From Candidatus Krumholzibacteriia bacterium (GTDB lineage Bacteria; Krumholzibacteriota; Krumholzibacteriia; LZORAL124-64-63), in contig JAZBOO010000368.1 in assembly GCA_036351155.1 (NCBI GenBank), forward strand, positions 1-10,698: a DNA stretch of 10,698 nt, in the 5' to 3' direction. Positions 7,514-10,698 of the stretch are shown in pieces; position 1 is the first letter of the stretch; each line of letters starts with the position of its first letter. A program made the position numbers and the translations under genes. The notes under the pieces are model-generated. The model saw nothing but the letters and a program-made list of their open reading frames with translations. It ran no database searches and was not told the origin of the DNA.

Positions 7514-10171
7514 TCAACGGACCAGAGTCATCTTTCGGGTCATGACTCGGTCACCTGTGCGCAGGACATAGTGGTACACACCCGAAGCCACTGCGCGGCC
7601 ATCATCGTCGTCTCCCACCCAGCGGACATGGTGTGGTCCAGCCGACATCTGGTCCTGAACCAGGGTGCGGACCAGCAGGCCTCGTCCGTCGTAGATCCGC
7701 AAGCTGGTCGGCTGGTCCTCGGGCAGCGTGAAATCGATCCAGGTCTGGGGATTGAAGGGATTGGGGTAATTCTGAGCCAGGACCAGAGCACGAGGCAAAG
7801 CCTCATCATCCTCCACGGCGGAAACATCCAGATCCAGATTGGCCTGACACAAAGCCACGGGGGTGCTTTTGCCGTGGGCCGCCCAGGCATCGTACAGCTG
7901 CTGCCCCATCGTGTTGACGTGGTTGTTGTCCCTGAGGAATTCGATGTACTCCTTGCTGGTGGTCTGGTAATAGAAGGCCACCTCCACGCTCCGGGCATCA
8001 CCCGGCAGAGCATAGGCCGTGTCGTCCCAGTACTCCCCATCTTCGTAGCTGTGACCCACCGGTGGAGACTGGATGGCCACGAAAGCGGCATTGGTGAAGC
8101 CCCGCGGCGGGATCCGGTTGTCCTTGAACACGGTATCGTTGAGGGCAAAGTGGAAAGAAGGTCCCATGGGCATGCCCAGGACCGGAGCTAGCCGCGAGGA
8201 GATTCCCGGTTTGATCTCGTAAATTCTGGCTGCATCGTCATGACTCAAAACGCCAGTGACCGCATCGTAATGGCCGGATTCGAAAACAACCTGACCTTCA
8301 GCGTCGCGGGCCACCAGATGGATCCAGGCCCGTCGCCCTTCCGGATACCCAGAGGGGAGCTTGTGTCCGGTCTGGTTGTACAACCGGACATTTACACCGG
8401 GCGCGCCATCAACCAGGGTCGAGCTCAATTCCATGGTGGCGGAGAGGGACAGCAAAGCCTCGGCCCTCAACTTGCCTGCCTGCAACTCGGCCGGATCGAC
8501 TTCGCCCGGATAGAAATCGGGCAGGATGTCCGGCACGAAGGTGTTGCCGCCGGTCAGATCGTGAAAACCGAGATCGCTCCTCGTGGGAGCCCCGGCCTCG
8601 CTGCAGCCGACTCCGGTCACGTCGGCCATGTGACAATCCTGGCAGGTCGATACAATGCCATCGGGCTTGTTGCCGGCGAACTGAGGCTGATAGACCCCAC
8701 CCGAAGCATAGGCACTGACGGACCATTCGCTGAAGGTGCGCTCCACGGGAAACATGTTGCGGGGATCCCCATCGGGATGAGCGGCATCCAGGGCCTGAAC
8801 CTCGTACACACCGGGCTCGGAGCCCGCCACGAAGGCGGGATTGCTCACGTCATGGCAGGTGCCACACAGGTTGGACGAGAGCATGAAATCGGACGTCGTG
8901 GTCTGGTGACTGGCCACGGCGTCATCGTAAGGTCCCCGCTTGGAGGGATTCCGGTCCAGAACGAACTGGCCATTCGCGTGGGCCGGCGGCAGTTGCTCCA
9001 GGTCTGCCAGGATCGCGGCGTCCTCCGGTGGGCTCACGCCTTCCACGTAGTGGGGATCGACCATGGTGTGGCAAAAATCACATTGCACTCCCTGGTAGTC
9101 CGTGGCCGTCAGCATTCCGCCGGTGGTGTCGAAGCTACGCCCTTCACTCCAGCCCCCCGGAGTGTGACAGCGCAGGCAAAGGTCACCGGAACCAGGAACA
9201 GCATCGTTGGCCACCGCAAGGGTAGCCAGGTACAGGGGGTCACGCATGGCCTGGGCCATCAAGCTGCCTTGCCAGGCATGGTAGGGCTCGGCATCCGGGT
9301 CGTAGTTACCGTGGCACACGACGCAGGAGGTGCTGGGCTCTTCCAGCGTTCCGGCCCCGAACGGCTGAGTACCGGGCATGTCAAAATCACGAAGCGTAGT
9401 GGGCACGACACCTGTCAGTGCTGGGCTGATACTGAAAGCCGAACTGACACCCCCGCCCCGGTTGCCGGCATTGTCCTGGGCTTCGATCTTCAGGACCAGC
9501 CCTGATCCAGGCAAATTGGGAATGAAGAGATCGAAGCTGCCGGTGTTCTCCAGCCCCCTGGCGAGCTGTCTCTCGTGTTCTCCACCGGATTCACTCAGGA
9601 AAATGTCGACATGAGAAATACCACTGACATCCGTGGCCGTCCAGCTGACGGTGTAGTGAGCGTTGGGAGTGAGCGACTGGCCTCCGCCCGGCGACAGCAC
9701 CGCCACTTCGGGTGGTGTATTATCCAGTCCCCCGCTCGGCGTCAGGAAATCTGCAATCTCGGCAGGATCCACATTCAAGGCATTGCCCAGGTTGGAAGGG
9801 GAAAGCCCCGGAAAGGTCGGGGTATTGCCAAAGGTCTCCAGGCTGGTGATCTCGACCAGATTGCTGAAACCGTCACTGTCCGAATCCAGACTTTCGATTT
9901 CCTGGATGGCGACCAGTTCGTCCATTCCCCCCGCGATCCGGATCTCGATGGCCAGACCGTAGGGATTGCGCGGTCCGCCCCCGTCAAAATCAAAATGGCA
10001 CACTCCGCAATGCCCTCCGTTGCTGGGGAGATCATCGAGACGGGAGCTTTCCACCTGGGGATAGGTGTTGAAAAAATCGCGGCGGATGGGGTTGCGGGCC
10101 TCTGCGGGGGCCGGCATAAAAATGGCGAGCAGTAGCAGCCCGACAATGAGGGGAAAAAGGCGCGGCAACAT
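7514..10171 (-). CDS. Secreted multiheme (6 CxxCH) c-type cytochrome with an Ig-like domain and a C-terminal T9SS-CTD/FlgD-Ig-like domain
   Basis: Sec/SPI-like signal peptide (...PAPAEA|R). CxxCH motifs at 10009-9995 (CGVCH), 9325-9311 (CVVCH), 9178-9164 (CLRCH), 9082-9068 (CDFCH), 8866-8852 (CGTCH) and 8644-8630 (CQDCH). GHKLPSGYPEGRR motif. C-terminus LAQNYPNPFNPQT...IYDGRGLLVRTL...VASGVYHY...RKMTLVR. Confidence 0.9.
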   Translation of the reverse strand: MLPRLFPLIVGLLLLAIFMPAPAEARNPIRRDFFNTYPQVESSRLDDLPSNGGHCGVCHFDFDGGGPRNPYGLAIEIRIAGGMDELVAIQEIESLDSDSDGFSNLVEITSLETFGNTPTFPGLSPSNLGNALNVDPAEIADFLTPSGGLDNTPPEVAVLSPGGGQSLTPNAHYTVSWTATDVSGISHVDIFLSESGGEHERQLARGLENTGSFDLFIPNLPGSGLVLKIEAQDNAGNRGGGVSSAFSISPALTGVVPTTLRDFDMPGTQPFGAGTLEEPSTSCVVCHGNYDPDAEPYHAWQGSLMAQAMRDPLYLATLAVANDAVPGSGDLCLRCHTPGGWSEGRSFDTTGGMLTATDYQGVQCDFCHTMVDPHYVEGVSPPEDAAILADLEQLPPAHANGQFVLDRNPSKRGPYDDAVASHQTTTSDFMLSSNLCGTCHDVSNPAFVAGSEPGVYEVQALDAAHPDGDPRNMFPVERTFSEWSVSAYASGGVYQPQFAGNKPDGIVSTCQDCHMADVTGVGCSEAGAPTRSDLGFHDLTGGNTFVPDILPDFYPGEVDPAELQAGKLRAEALLSLSATMELSSTLVDGAPGVNVRLYNQTGHKLPSGYPEGRRAWIHLVARDAEGQVVFESGHYDAVTGVLSHDDAARIYEIKPGISSRLAPVLGMPMGPSFHFALNDTVFKDNRIPPRGFTNAAFVAIQSPPVGHSYEDGEYWDDTAYALPGDARSVEVAFYYQTTSKEYIEFLRDNNHVNTMGQQLYDAWAAHGKSTPVALCQANLDLDVSAVEDDEALPRALVLAQNYPNPFNPQTWIDFTLPEDQPTSLRIYDGRGLLVRTLVQDQMSAGPHHVRWVGDDDDGRAVASGVYHYVLRTGDRVMTRKMTLVR

Positions 10172-10261
10172 GAGAATCTCCCGGTGGGTGATCGCCAGCC
10201 AAACAGCAAGGGAAAAGGACTCTCCCCTGAGAAACTGAAAGCCAGTTTCAATCCGGGTAAA

Positions 10262-10290
10262 ATCATACTATACTTGATGTTGCGAAACAA
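10262..10290 (-). promoter_or_regulatory. Putative sigma70 promoter of the cytochrome gene
   Basis: Minus strand TTGTTT-N17-TATGAT in an AT-rich patch about 90 nt upstream of the ATG. Confidence 0.6.
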
Positions 10291-10322
10291 CTGAATTCTG
10301 AAACTCTCCCCTCAATTCCCAC

Positions 10323-10697
10323 TTATTTTATCTTCTTTCCTGCCCCTCCCTCAAGATAGGGAGCAAGAACACAGGCATCGACCCACCAGATGTCCGAGGC
10401 ACCATTTCCAGGCTGACCATGGAAACGGTGCAAATCGGCCCGGTTGAACCGGTCCGGCCACGCCACCGTGGACCGCGAGGAGCTGAAGAACAGGTACTGG
10501 CCATCCGGGCTGAGAAAAGCCGAGGCTGCCCGCGTGTCCGGCCCGTTGAAACGCGACCCCAGATTGCGGGCCGGTTGCCACTGTCCCTGCGGGTCTCGCA
10601 CGCTGATCCAGTAGTCGGCCGCGCCCAGGTTTTCAGCATGGCCCGCCACACAGGCGATCAAGAAGCTCTCGTCCGGAGCCACGAAAGCATTGTAACA
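10323..10697 (-). CDS. TolB-like/PD40 (WD40-like beta-propeller) repeat protein, 5'-truncated by the window edge
   Basis: PD40-type repeats NAFVAPDESFLI, WQPARNLGSRFN, SAFLSPDGQYLFFSSSR and terminal GNGASDIWWVDA. The frame is open to the window end. Confidence 0.85.
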   Translation of the reverse strand, partial: CYNAFVAPDESFLIACVAGHAENLGAADYWISVRDPQGQWQPARNLGSRFNGPDTRAASAFLSPDGQYLFFSSSRSTVAWPDRFNRADLHRFHGQPGNGASDIWWVDACVLAPYLEGGAGKKIK

Positions 10698-10698
10698 G

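Noticed and set aside
7540..10290. ORFs 8240-9505 (+), 7571-8191 (+), 9575-10135 (+), 7540-8148 (-) and 9775-10290 (-)
   Set aside because: They overlap the well-supported cytochrome gene and have no recognisable domains.
10200..10315. Glycine or yybP-ykoY riboswitch (GGAGAG, CUCAGG and GGGGAG fragments)
   Set aside because: The fragments are in the wrong order, and the core motifs (CCGAAG for glycine, GGGGAGUA plus partner loop for yybP-ykoY) are missing.
1..10698. CRISPR array, IS/transposase, integrase, retron, tRNA or rRNA
   Set aside because: No regularly spaced repeats, no recombinase or reverse transcriptase ORF, and no cloverleaf or rRNA signature found.

Overview
GC-rich bacterial window. 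The C-terminal 'QNYPNPFNP...' sorting domain suggests an FCB-superphylum organism (inference only). Gene order: 3' end of a cyclophilin-type PPIase (+), bidirectional terminator, two-gene NatAB/YhaQP-like ABC exporter (-), a ~520-bp intergenic region, OmpR-family response regulator plus HAMP histidine kinase (+), sodium:solute symporter (-), an 885-aa secreted six-heme c-type cytochrome (-), and the 3' end of a TolB/PD40-like beta-propeller protein (-). Two things stand out. First, the intergenic region holds a probable unannotated minus-strand structured RNA: a ~115-nt G-U-rich hairpin with a CU-rich loop and its own intrinsic terminator, preceded by an 11-bp-period direct repeat resembling an OmpR-type box and lying divergent from the two-component system. 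Second, the modular multiheme cytochrome carries an Ig-like spacer and a T9SS-CTD/FlgD-Ig-like tail, making it a candidate surface or extracellular redox protein. No mobile element, CRISPR array, tRNA or rRNA was seen. All calls were made by eye, without database searches.
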